The notes under the pieces were generated by a model that saw only the letters and a program-made list of their open reading frames with translations, ran no database searches and was not told the origin of the DNA. A stretch of DNA of 64,000 nt from an uncultured bacterium. Its GTDB lineage: Bacteria > Chloroflexota > UBA5177 > JANWHV01. The translations under genes and the position numbers were made by a program. The stretch's first letter is position 1. The number at the start of each line of letters is the position of its first letter. The DNA is taken from assembly GCA_963827235.1 (NCBI GenBank), contig CAWHAE010000012.1:640001-704000 (forward strand), in the 5' to 3' direction. Below, one piece after another: positions 37,022-45,539 of this stretch.

Positions 37022-39511
37022 ATGACGACGCGCGAAGCGAATGGTTTTGGCGCTCTGTTGCGGCGTTACCGCCTCCTTGCCAATCTGACGCAGGAAGGGC
37101 TAGCCTCGCGCGCCCAGCTCAGCGTAGAGGCAATCAGCGCTCTCGAGCGTGGGCGGCGCACGGCCCCGCGCGCTGAGACGATTGCCCTGCTGGCCACCGC
37201 CCTCGATCTACTGCCGGCCGAGCGGGCGGCCCTCGTTGGAGCGGCAAACGGTCTCGCGTCTTCCGCGGAGATCCCGGAGTCTCCCCAAGTATCCGCGGCC
37301 AGACCGCTCGATCCGGGCGGCAGCGGTATGCTCCCGGTCCCTCCCACGGAGCTCGTCAACCGCGAGCGCGACGTGCCAGCCGTGATCGGGCTACTCCGGC
37401 GCGGCGATCGGATGGCCGGCTCGCGCCTGGTCACCCTGACCGGCCCGGGTGGCGTGGGCAAGACTCGCCTGGCCCTGGTGGTCGGTGCGGCCTTGCGGGA
37501 GCACTACGCCGACGGCGTCGTGTTCGTCGACCTCAGCCCGGTGGGCGATCCCGAGCTGGTAGGCTCGGCGATCGTGCACGCACTGGGACTGCCAATCTCC
37601 GGCCCCCAGGGTGTCGCGGACCGCCTGCTCTCTCATTTCAGGGGGCGGCACCAGCTCCTCGTGCTGGATAACTTCGAGCACGTGATTCCTGCCGCGACGC
37701 TGGTTGCCTCGTTGCTCGCGACCTGCCCTCGGCTCTCCGTGCTAGCTACCAGTCGCGTCGCACTCCGCATCAGAGCTGAGCAGCGATATCCGGTGCCGCC
37801 GCTGGACATACCACAGGAGGGCACGCCCGCGACTGTCGAGGTGCTGCTGCACTTCCCGGCCGTGCGCCTTTTCGAGGCGCGCGCGCAGGCCGTGCGGCCC
37901 GCGTTCGCGCTCGACGCGGACAACGCCCCGGCGGTGGCCGCCATCTGCCGGAGGCTGGATGGCCTGCCGCTGGCCATCGAGCTTGCCGCGGCCCGGATCT
38001 CGCTGCTCTCGCCGCAGGCGCTGCTTGCTCGCCTGGAGCGTCTGCTGGGCGCACTGGTCGGGGGAGCGCACGATCTGCCCGCGCGTCAAAGGACCATTCG
38101 CGCCACCATCGACTGGAGTTACGAGCTGCTCGAGCCCGAGGAGCAGCTACTGTTTGCCCGCATCGCCGTGTTCGCGGGCGGCTGTACGCTCGAGGCGGTG
38201 GAGGCCGTGTGCGATGCCGAAGGCAGTGGCGCAGTGCTGGAGCGTGTCTCGTCGCTCGTGGACAAGAGCTTGCTTCGCCGGCTGGATAGCGAGGCCGGAA
38301 CTCGGCTCGTAGTCATGGACACGCTGCGTGAGTATGCCTGGGAGCGGTTGCAAGCTAGCGAGGAGACCGGCGCTACCCAGAGGCGTCACAGTGAGTATTT
38401 TCTCGCCGAGCTGGAAGCAAGCGAGGGCGACGTGATCGGCCCTCTGCAGCGCGCGTGGCTGGAGAGGTGGGAGCGGGAGCACGACAACCTGCGCGCAGCG
38501 TTGCGGTGGGCTCGTGACTCAGGCTCGCGCGAGATCGGCCTGCGCCTGGGAGGCATGATGTGGCGCCTGTGGCTGCTGCACGGTCATCTGAACGAGGGCC
38601 GAGCCTGGCTGGAATCGATGCTGGCCAGCTCCGAAGAGGTGCCGGCCGAGGTGCGAGCGCGCGCCGTGCGTGGCATGGCCGCCTTGACCGTGGAACAGCA
38701 CGACCTAGAGGCCGCGGCGAGGTGGTGTGAGTCAGGCCTGGGCCTCTACCGCGAGCTGGGGGATGAGCCGGGCGTGGGCGATATGCTGAACAGTCTGGGG
38801 ACCATCGCGCGCCTGCAGGGAGACTACGCGCGCTCGCGATGCTTCTACGAGGAGAGTCTTGCCGTGCGCGAGCGCGCGAGCGACACGTACGGACTGGCCG
38901 TAGCCCTGAACAACCTGGGTGCCACGGCCAGGCTGGAAGGAAACCTGGAGCTGGCGCGCGAGCTGCATCAGCGGAGTCTGCCGTTGCGGCGCGAGGCCGG
39001 GGACACGTGGGGCGTTGCCTACACGCTCCACAATCTGGCAGCCGTTGCCCTGGAAGAGGGTGATAACGCGACGTGCTCTGCCCTGATCGACGAGGCGATC
39101 GCCTTGAGGCGCAGTCTCGGCGATCGGCGTGGGATGGCGGACTCGCTGATCATCGCCGGGTCGGTGGCGCGGGCGCGCGGTGAATCGACGGTCGCCGCGG
39201 CCCTCTTTCGCGAGAGCCTGGCAACGCTGGCCAGCTTGGGCGACACCGCGGTGACTGCCGCGGCCCTGGAAGGGCTGGCGTCCGTGCTGGGCGTGCTGGG
39301 GCAGGCCCGTCAGGGCGCCCGGTGGCTCGGCGTGGCCGCCTCCCTGCGCGAGGCCGGCGGGTCGCCACCGTCTCCGGCGCAGCGGATGCTTGCCGAGCGC
39401 GTGCTGCAGGACGTACGAGACTCGATCGGCGCCGCGCTGGCCGACGCCGCCTGGAACGACGGGCGGCTGTTGCCCTTGGACCGCGCCCTCGCCGAAGCAA
39501 TCCGAGCCTGA
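37022..39511 (+). CDS. XRE HTH + STAND (NB-ARC-like) NTPase + TPR regulator
   Basis: LRRYRLLANLTQEGLA..ALERG; Walker A GPGGVGKT; Walker B LLVLDNFE; GLPLAIELAA; IDWSY; TPRs ALNNLG. Confidence 0.93.
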   Translation: MTTREANGFGALLRRYRLLANLTQEGLASRAQLSVEAISALERGRRTAPRAETIALLATALDLLPAERAALVGAANGLASSAEIPESPQVSAARPLDPGGSGMLPVPPTELVNRERDVPAVIGLLRRGDRMAGSRLVTLTGPGGVGKTRLALVVGAALREHYADGVVFVDLSPVGDPELVGSAIVHALGLPISGPQGVADRLLSHFRGRHQLLVLDNFEHVIPAATLVASLLATCPRLSVLATSRVALRIRAEQRYPVPPLDIPQEGTPATVEVLLHFPAVRLFEARAQAVRPAFALDADNAPAVAAICRRLDGLPLAIELAAARISLLSPQALLARLERLLGALVGGAHDLPARQRTIRATIDWSYELLEPEEQLLFARIAVFAGGCTLEAVEAVCDAEGSGAVLERVSSLVDKSLLRRLDSEAGTRLVVMDTLREYAWERLQASEETGATQRRHSEYFLAELEASEGDVIGPLQRAWLERWEREHDNLRAALRWARDSGSREIGLRLGGMMWRLWLLHGHLNEGRAWLESMLASSEEVPAEVRARAVRGMAALTVEQHDLEAAARWCESGLGLYRELGDEPGVGDMLNSLGTIARLQGDYARSRCFYEESLAVRERASDTYGLAVALNNLGATARLEGNLELARELHQRSLPLRREAGDTWGVAYTLHNLAAVALEEGDNATCSALIDEAIALRRSLGDRRGMADSLIIAGSVARARGESTVAAALFRESLATLASLGDTAVTAAALEGLASVLGVLGQARQGARWLGVAASLREAGGSPPSPAQRMLAERVLQDVRDSIGAALADAAWNDGRLLPLDRALAEAIRA

Positions 39512-39706
39512 GGCATCGGGTGGAGCAGCCGCGAGCGGGCAGCGCCGCGCCGCTGCGTCAGTGCGGGACGTCCCGCTACATAGCCTCCGCGCCCGCGCAC
39601 AGTAGACTGAGTTGGCCGCCGTGCCGGGCATCGTGGGTTCATGTTGGCGGAATGGTGGGTTCCTACGCACTCGACGGGGCAACCTATGCCTCTGAGCTCG
39701 GCGCGC

Positions 39707-42319
39707 CTACGAGCCTTTGCTCAAGCTATCTGGATTCGCCTGCAGGAGGTTCGGATCGAGATGTGATTGGCTGGCGCCTTTCGGGTACCGGCCGTGCACA
39801 CCCGATTGGAAGCTGAGCACATTGCCCGCATCAAGGGTTCGGCGATCGAGAACTGCTGCGCGTTCATCACGATCGCGCTCAGTAGCCTCGTGGGCAAGGC
39901 GCGAGCGCTTATCAGGGAAGTCGACGTCAGGAGCAGGTAGCGTCGAAGCGGTATCCGCGGTAGCGAGAACTGTCAGTGTTCCCTCGGCGATGGCCCGGTC
40001 GAACGCGTTTACCACCGAAGGATCGAACTGCGTATTCCGGCCTTCACGTACGCGGCGGATGGCCTCAGCCACAGGTAGCGCCGCTCTATATGTACGGCTG
40101 CTCGTCATCGCGTCGAACGAGTCCGCCACCATCAAGATCGCGGCATCTCGGGGGATGGCGTCCCCGGCTAGGCCGTCTGGATAGCCTTTGCCATCCCACC
40201 GCTCGTGATGGTGGCGCACGGCCGGGAGGATATCACGTAGAAACGGGACCTGACTGAGCATGCGCTCGCCGATCACGCTGTGCTGCTGAATGGCCGAGAA
40301 TTCCTCAGCGCTCAGTCTGCCCGCCTTCATCAGGATCGCATCGGGCGCGCCGATCTTGCCCACGTCGTGCAGCAGGCCTGCCAACCGGACGCGCGCCGGC
40401 TCCCCCGGGCCGAGGTCCATGGCCTGAGCCAGGATACCGGCATACGCGCTTACCCGCTGCGAATGCCCTCGAGTGTACGCATCTTTGGCGTCGACGGCGG
40501 CGGCCAGTGCTTCCACGGTCGCCAGGTTCGCGTGCTCCAGGCGTTTTGCCAGGGCCGCCGGGTCCTGGTCCACGGCGAGTGCAGCGTCCTCGGGCCGGCA
40601 TACCCTGCTCTTACCGGTTTGCTTGGCTGCATAGGCCGCGTGGTCCGCGGCTTGAATGAGCGCCTCACGCGTCTGCCCGTCCAGAGGGAACGCTGCCACG
40701 CCGATGCTGGCACCCACCGACACGGGCACACCTCCGGCTATCACACGAAGCGAGTTGATTGCAGCCAGCCCGCGCTCTGCCACCATCATACCCTCTTCAA
40801 GCGATGTCTCCGGCAGGATCACCGAGAACTCGTCACCGCCATACCGCGCCACGAGGTCGGTAGCACGGACGCTCTCACGTATGGCACCAGCCACTGCCAT
40901 GAGCATCGCGTCGCCATTTTGGTGGCCGTACGAGTTGTTGACGGACCTGAAGTCATCGAGATCAGCCATCATAACGACCAGAGGCTGACCGGAGCGCGCC
41001 GCTCGAGCCACTTCTTCGGCGAGTCGCGTTTGGAAGCTCCTGTGGTTGAGCAGTCCGGTCAGGCCGTCCGTCGACGCTTGCGCCAGCGCTCGTTCATGCA
41101 GCACCGCATTCTGCAATGCGATCGTCGCCTGGGTAGCCAGGATGGCCAGGGCATCCTGATCGTCCCTGTTGAAGTCCTCCGATATCCCGGCCAGCCGCAG
41201 CATGCCGGTCACGCCTTCGCCTTCCACCTCCAGCGGTACAAGCACTGTGCGCTCTGGTTCGCCCTCGGCTTCCCGAATGCCCCTGCCTACAGAGCTTACC
41301 GCGACATGGTGCGGACCATGGTCATCACTGTCGCCGGGCGCCAGCACCAGCCTCTCAAGCCGTGTCGGGTCCGCATGGTCTCGCAGATAGCCGGTCACGA
41401 CGCTGGCCCCGGCAAGGGTGCGGGCGGCGGTCGCCACGGTGAGCAGCAGGTCGGCTTGCGAATGCTTCAGGCGCATGCCCTGACCGGCTTGAAGCACGAC
41501 TTCCAGCTGTTCACTGCGGCGATGCAGCGCGGCGGCCCGCTCCTCCGCTTGGGAGATGGCGCGGAAGGCCACGCGGAGTGCGACAACAGGCAGGATCACC
41601 AGACTCAGGGCTGTCGCATCATACTGCCAGGCGATTGCCGCCAAGAAACCGATTGTGCTCGCTGCTAGCTCGGGTAGTATGGTGAGCCGGTACGTTTGCC
41701 ACCAGATCAGATAGAAGGGGCGGTGCTCTAGCAAGGATAAGACGCCAAGCATGAGCGCGACGTCGACGACGTAGTAGGTGGCCAGCAGCACGATGAGGTA
41801 CGGCAGGCACTGCAGGAAATGGCCACCTCGCAGGACCAGGTCGGATGCTGCCATGTGGGACCACAGGTAACTGCTCAGGCCGACCGTGAGCGTCGGATGA
41901 CAAACATTGAATGCGCGCTTGTACAGTTGCTTCCGTGAGGAGAATGCTTGCGAGATCAGGACTGCGACGAGGGCCACCAGAAGAGGATATGGTCCCGGAA
42001 GGAGCAGAATGGCGGCGATGTGGGTGGAGGTGGACAAGCTTTGCTGGACGGATCCCGTCAGGTTCAGAGTGGTGCGTTCACCCACGTAGCACAACGCTAC
42101 GAAGACGGCCGCGGATAGGAGGACGCTGTGCCGGACGAACAGTCCGTGGCTTCCAGTTGCTGCAGGCAGCACCATCGCTCCAAGCAGGACGCAGCCTACG
42201 TAGAGAAAGGTCGTGGCAAAGAACGCCCACAGGTACCATCGCAAGGCTCGGGGCAGGGTGCTCATGCCGATGCCCCGGCCGGCCCGATTGGTCGCGCGGG
42301 ACTCAGCCGCTCTCAACAT
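39707..42319 (-). CDS. multi-TM membrane sensor + GAF-like + GGDEF + HD-GYP protein
   Basis: About 7 TM helices; DGLTGLLN, DLDDFR.VN.YGH..GD, RYGGDEF; KDAYTRGHS, LHDVGK, HHERWDGKGYP, VADSFDAM. Confidence 0.93.
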   Translation of the reverse strand: MLRAAESRATNRAGRGIGMSTLPRALRWYLWAFFATTFLYVGCVLLGAMVLPAATGSHGLFVRHSVLLSAAVFVALCYVGERTTLNLTGSVQQSLSTSTHIAAILLLPGPYPLLVALVAVLISQAFSSRKQLYKRAFNVCHPTLTVGLSSYLWSHMAASDLVLRGGHFLQCLPYLIVLLATYYVVDVALMLGVLSLLEHRPFYLIWWQTYRLTILPELAASTIGFLAAIAWQYDATALSLVILPVVALRVAFRAISQAEERAAALHRRSEQLEVVLQAGQGMRLKHSQADLLLTVATAARTLAGASVVTGYLRDHADPTRLERLVLAPGDSDDHGPHHVAVSSVGRGIREAEGEPERTVLVPLEVEGEGVTGMLRLAGISEDFNRDDQDALAILATQATIALQNAVLHERALAQASTDGLTGLLNHRSFQTRLAEEVARAARSGQPLVVMMADLDDFRSVNNSYGHQNGDAMLMAVAGAIRESVRATDLVARYGGDEFSVILPETSLEEGMMVAERGLAAINSLRVIAGGVPVSVGASIGVAAFPLDGQTREALIQAADHAAYAAKQTGKSRVCRPEDAALAVDQDPAALAKRLEHANLATVEALAAAVDAKDAYTRGHSQRVSAYAGILAQAMDLGPGEPARVRLAGLLHDVGKIGAPDAILMKAGRLSAEEFSAIQQHSVIGERMLSQVPFLRDILPAVRHHHERWDGKGYPDGLAGDAIPRDAAILMVADSFDAMTSSRTYRAALPVAEAIRRVREGRNTQFDPSVVNAFDRAIAEGTLTVLATADTASTLPAPDVDFPDKRSRLAHEATERDRDERAAVLDRRTLDAGNVLSFQSGVHGRYPKGASQSHLDPNLLQANPDSLSKGS

Positions 42320-42662
42320 GTCGTCCTTTTCGGCTTCACAGATGGTAAGCGTGTACCGACATCAGGCAGCGCGAAACGCCTTTCCCCGTCGTTTGGCATT
42401 ATGCACGCGTGACACGTCTTGTCCCACCTACCACTATCGACGGGAAGAGCCAAATAGGTCATAGCATGATCAGGCCTCCCCAACTTGGCTTCCCCGAATG
42501 AGTGATGCGTGCGGCAGCGACGCACCATAGGATGGTTGTGCGAGTTCTCCGACGCCCCTTCTCGATCGCAGTGCACGGCGATCGCGGGATCGTAGCTGTC
42601 TGGGGAACTGCGCGCTAACTGTTATCGGAATCCAGTGTCAAGCTCGAGGGAAAGGAGACAGC

Positions 42663-42794
42663 GTGAAACTCTTGGTGACAGCCAGCTCCAATGTGCCTGG
42701 ACTTCGCAACCACCGCCTTCTGCGCGTCGTTCTGGCAGCGTGTTCGCTGGCGAGCATGGTCCTTGCGTCCGGCGCCGGCAGTCAGTGGTTCTAG
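42663..42794 (+). CDS. small signal-peptide-like precursor peptide 1 (43 aa)
   Basis: GAAAGGAG RBS; MKLLVTASSNVPGLRNHRLLRVVLAACSLASMVLASGAGSQWF; paralogous to peptide 2; absent from ORF track. Confidence 0.85.
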   Translation: MKLLVTASSNVPGLRNHRLLRVVLAACSLASMVLASGAGSQWF

Positions 42795-42823
42795 CACGAG
42801 CCTGATATCGAAAGGTTCGGCGG

Positions 42824-42955
42824 ATGAAACTGTTGCGTCAATTCAGTCGCATGGCTCGCAGCAAGGGGCAGTATGTGGCGATCCGTGCGTTTGCCACGGG
42901 CGGCTCCGTGATTAGCATGGTGCTGGCGTCGGGTGCCGCCAGCCACTGGCGCTAG
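42824..42955 (+). CDS. small signal-peptide-like precursor peptide 2 (43 aa)
   Basis: GAAAGG RBS; MKLLRQFSRMARSKGQYVAIRAFATGGSVISMVLASGAASHWR; shares MKLL, R21, SMVLASGA, S40 and W42 with peptide 1. Confidence 0.85.
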   Translation: MKLLRQFSRMARSKGQYVAIRAFATGGSVISMVLASGAASHWR

Positions 42956-42969
42956 CCAGGACTACGGTG

Positions 42970-43012
42970 GGGTCGCGCCCGCGGACTGCACACCAGACCG
43001 CGGGCGTGTCCC
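42970..43012 (+). terminator. GC-rich stem-loop between the peptide genes and the DUF5317 gene
   Basis: GGGTCGCGCCCGCGG ... CCGCGGGCGTGTCCC; no U-tract. Confidence 0.5.
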
Positions 43013-43099
43013 GAGGTTGGCGAGCCGGCTCTCACGTCTCGGGCGTCTTGCGCGACCGCGGAGGCGCGGCCGAAGAACCATTCCTTCCATGGAGGCCTT

Positions 43100-43666
43100 G
43101 TGCTATTGCTCGTTCCTGGGCTCCTCGCCTGTGTCATCGCGCTGCTGCGAGGTGGCTCTCTGGGTAACCTGGCCGTACTCCAGATTCGCGCCGGCTATCT
43201 CATCGTGTTGTCGTTCGTCATTCAGCTGGTGATCTACTATCCGGCGTTACGCCACTCAGCGTTGGTGCTGCACTGGGCAGCCCCAATCTACGTGGGAGCG
43301 CTGGCACTGGCAGTTATGGGTATGCTGCAGAACGGGCATCTCGGACTTCCAGTGCGCCTCGCCACATTGGGATTGCTGCTGAATATGACTGCCATCGCGA
43401 TCAACGGCGGCCACATGCCGGTCAACGCGGCGGCCATCGGCGCCGTTCAGGGCCAGTGGAAAGTGCACGAGCTACAGGATCCGGACACATACGGAAACAC
43501 CCGCCTTGCCAGTCCGGACAGTCGCTTGCTACCCTTGACGGATGTCATCCCGGTCCAGCTACCGGGCGGACCCGGCAACGTCTACAGCGTCGGTGACCTC
43601 TTGATTACGTCCGGTGTGGCCGTGCTGGTGTACCGCGCGACGAGCAAATCGGTGGTGACCTGCTGA
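43100..43666 (+). CDS. DUF5317-type integral membrane protein (putative peptidase)
   Basis: RGGSLGNLA, GLLLNMTAIAINGGHMPV, LLPLTDVI, VYSVGDLLI; several TM helices; GGAGG RBS. Confidence 0.8.
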   Translation: MLLLVPGLLACVIALLRGGSLGNLAVLQIRAGYLIVLSFVIQLVIYYPALRHSALVLHWAAPIYVGALALAVMGMLQNGHLGLPVRLATLGLLLNMTAIAINGGHMPVNAAAIGAVQGQWKVHELQDPDTYGNTRLASPDSRLLPLTDVIPVQLPGGPGNVYSVGDLLITSGVAVLVYRATSKSVVTC

Positions 43667-44085
43667 CGGCTTGATTGCCCTTGGTTGCCGCACCACCCGC
43701 ACACCTTTATCCATGTTGACCGCTACCGTGCTGTCGCCGGCTGCGTATGGGGCGGACCCCTGCACCAGCCGTGCCCGATCCTTCTCCGCCCTATCACCTG
43801 GGCCCGCCGGCCGGACCCGTGCTTGCCCTCCCAGACGGTGTGCGCGATGACACGCAGCATGATCGCTCCACCGGCGTGGCACGAGGCGTCTTGTGCGATT
43901 ACCGCAACTGGTGCCGGTACAGCTACACTTGAGGAAGGAAGAGGCCAGTGTGCAGGTCGAGCAGCGCTGCTCGACGGGAAGCCGCCGCGGTCGCCAGGAT
44001 TCCTCCTCGATTCGTCGAGGTGCCGGGTCATGTGACGCGTCCTGTGAGCCGGGAAAGCGCGACTTGGCCGTATCCAGGAGCTGGA

Positions 44086-44544
44086 ATGATGGATGAGACG
44101 GTCAAGGGCACTGCCGTCGGGCCGACGTGGTTCGCCGTGGCAGTGCGCGCGTTGGCGATGTTGGCGGCGCACGAGGGAACGTGTCCGAGCGCGGCCATCG
44201 CCGGCACGGTGAACACGCATGCTGTCTTTCTGCGCCGCGTGTTGGCCCAGCTGGCACGCGCAGGCATTGTCGAGGCCAGGGAGGGCCGCGACGGAGGCTA
44301 TCGGTTGCTCCGCCCTGCGGGCGAGATCTCACTGGGCGACGTGTATGAGGCGGTTACGGCGGCGAGCACGCTATCGTGCGGACCGGTTCACCTCGACACC
44401 ACGTGCCCCGGCGATGCCGCCATGCACAACGCCCTGGCAGAGGTCGTGCGCGAGGCAGAGCAGCAGGTGATCGAGGTGCTGCGCCGGCGCTCCGTGGCGG
44501 ACGTCATGCATCGCGCGGCCGGCCTCTGCGTCGCGAGCAGCTGA
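44086..44544 (+). CDS. Rrf2 family transcriptional regulator (alternative start 43948)
   Basis: FAVAVRAL, SAAIAGTVNTHAVFLRRVL..L..AGIV..REG.DGGY.L..P..I.L.DVY. Confidence 0.9.
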   Translation: MMDETVKGTAVGPTWFAVAVRALAMLAAHEGTCPSAAIAGTVNTHAVFLRRVLAQLARAGIVEAREGRDGGYRLLRPAGEISLGDVYEAVTAASTLSCGPVHLDTTCPGDAAMHNALAEVVREAEQQVIEVLRRRSVADVMHRAAGLCVASS

Positions 44545-44806
44545 CCTCGATCGAGCGATGGCTCGCCTCCCACGAGCTCGACATTTCCCGGACCCAACGC
44601 CGTGCGCGGAGCGCGAGCCAAAGCTGCGAAACGATCTGCCAGTCGCTCGTACCATGTCGAGATGCGGGTAAACACGAACGCTGAAGCGCGGGACATCAGG
44701 TGCGACCCGCGGGCACGCCCCTCTGGAACAGCGGTTTGGCAAAGTGCGGTTAAGTGCTATACTGATACTGGATTTGAACAGTTACCCGCGACAGGAGAAT
44801 TCGACG

Positions 44807-45430
44807 ATGCAGGCAGTATCCGAGATGCCCGCCATAAATCCCACTGCACATCCCGTCCACCATCTGATCGCCAAGCGCTGGAGCCCTCGCGCATTTGGCA
44901 GCCAGGCGGTGGAGCCGGCCGTGTTGCGCAGCATTCTGGAGGCGGCTCGCTGGGCACCCTCTGCGGCGAACGCGCAGCCGTGGCATTTCATCGTGGCCAC
45001 GAAGGACGATCCCGAGGCGCATGCGCGCGTGCTGAACACGCTCATGGATGGCAACATACGCTGGGCTATCAACGCTCCCGTGCTGATGCTCGTGATCGCC
45101 GAGCAGTACAAGAATCGGGAAGGGGCGCTGACCAGCCGCTCGCTCTACGATACCGGTCTGGCGGTGGGAGCTCTCACACTTGAAGCAGGCTCTCGCGGTC
45201 TGCTCGTGCACCAGATGGGCGGCTTCTACGAGGACAGGGTGCGCGAAGCATTTTCTGTCCCCGAGGGCTACGAGCCCGCGGCGGCGATCGCTCTAGGCTA
45301 TCCCGGCGACCCGGACAGCCTGCCTGAAGACCTGCGCAGTCGCGAAAAAGCTCCTCGCACCCGCAAGGAGCTTTCCGAGTTCGTCTTCGGCGAGCAATGG
45401 GGCAGGCCTGCCGGCATCGTCCTTCCGTGA
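44807..45430 (+). CDS. nitroreductase family protein
   Basis: RWSPRAF, EAARWAPSAANAQPWHF, HQMGGF, IALGY; AGGAG RBS. Confidence 0.92.
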   Translation: MQAVSEMPAINPTAHPVHHLIAKRWSPRAFGSQAVEPAVLRSILEAARWAPSAANAQPWHFIVATKDDPEAHARVLNTLMDGNIRWAINAPVLMLVIAEQYKNREGALTSRSLYDTGLAVGALTLEAGSRGLLVHQMGGFYEDRVREAFSVPEGYEPAAAIALGYPGDPDSLPEDLRSREKAPRTRKELSEFVFGEQWGRPAGIVLP

Positions 45431-45472
45431 TTGGCAGATGACCTCCGGCTGAGTTCGGAAGGAACGGATGTT

Positions 45473-45523
45473 GGGCCTCCGGCCGAAATCGGGTCGAACC
45501 ATGACCCGGAAGGCCGGAGGCCC
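45473..45523. terminator. long stem-loop between convergent nitroreductase and GH38 genes
   Basis: GGGCCTCCGGCC ... GGCCGGAGGCCC with inner CGGGTC/GACCCG. Confidence 0.6.
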
Positions 45524-45539
45524 TCGCATCAGCCGAACG

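Noticed and set aside
42691-42915. 74-aa ORF in the track overlapping the peptide genes
   Set aside because: No RBS or coding pattern; the two 43-aa ORFs in other frames have RBSs and mutual homology
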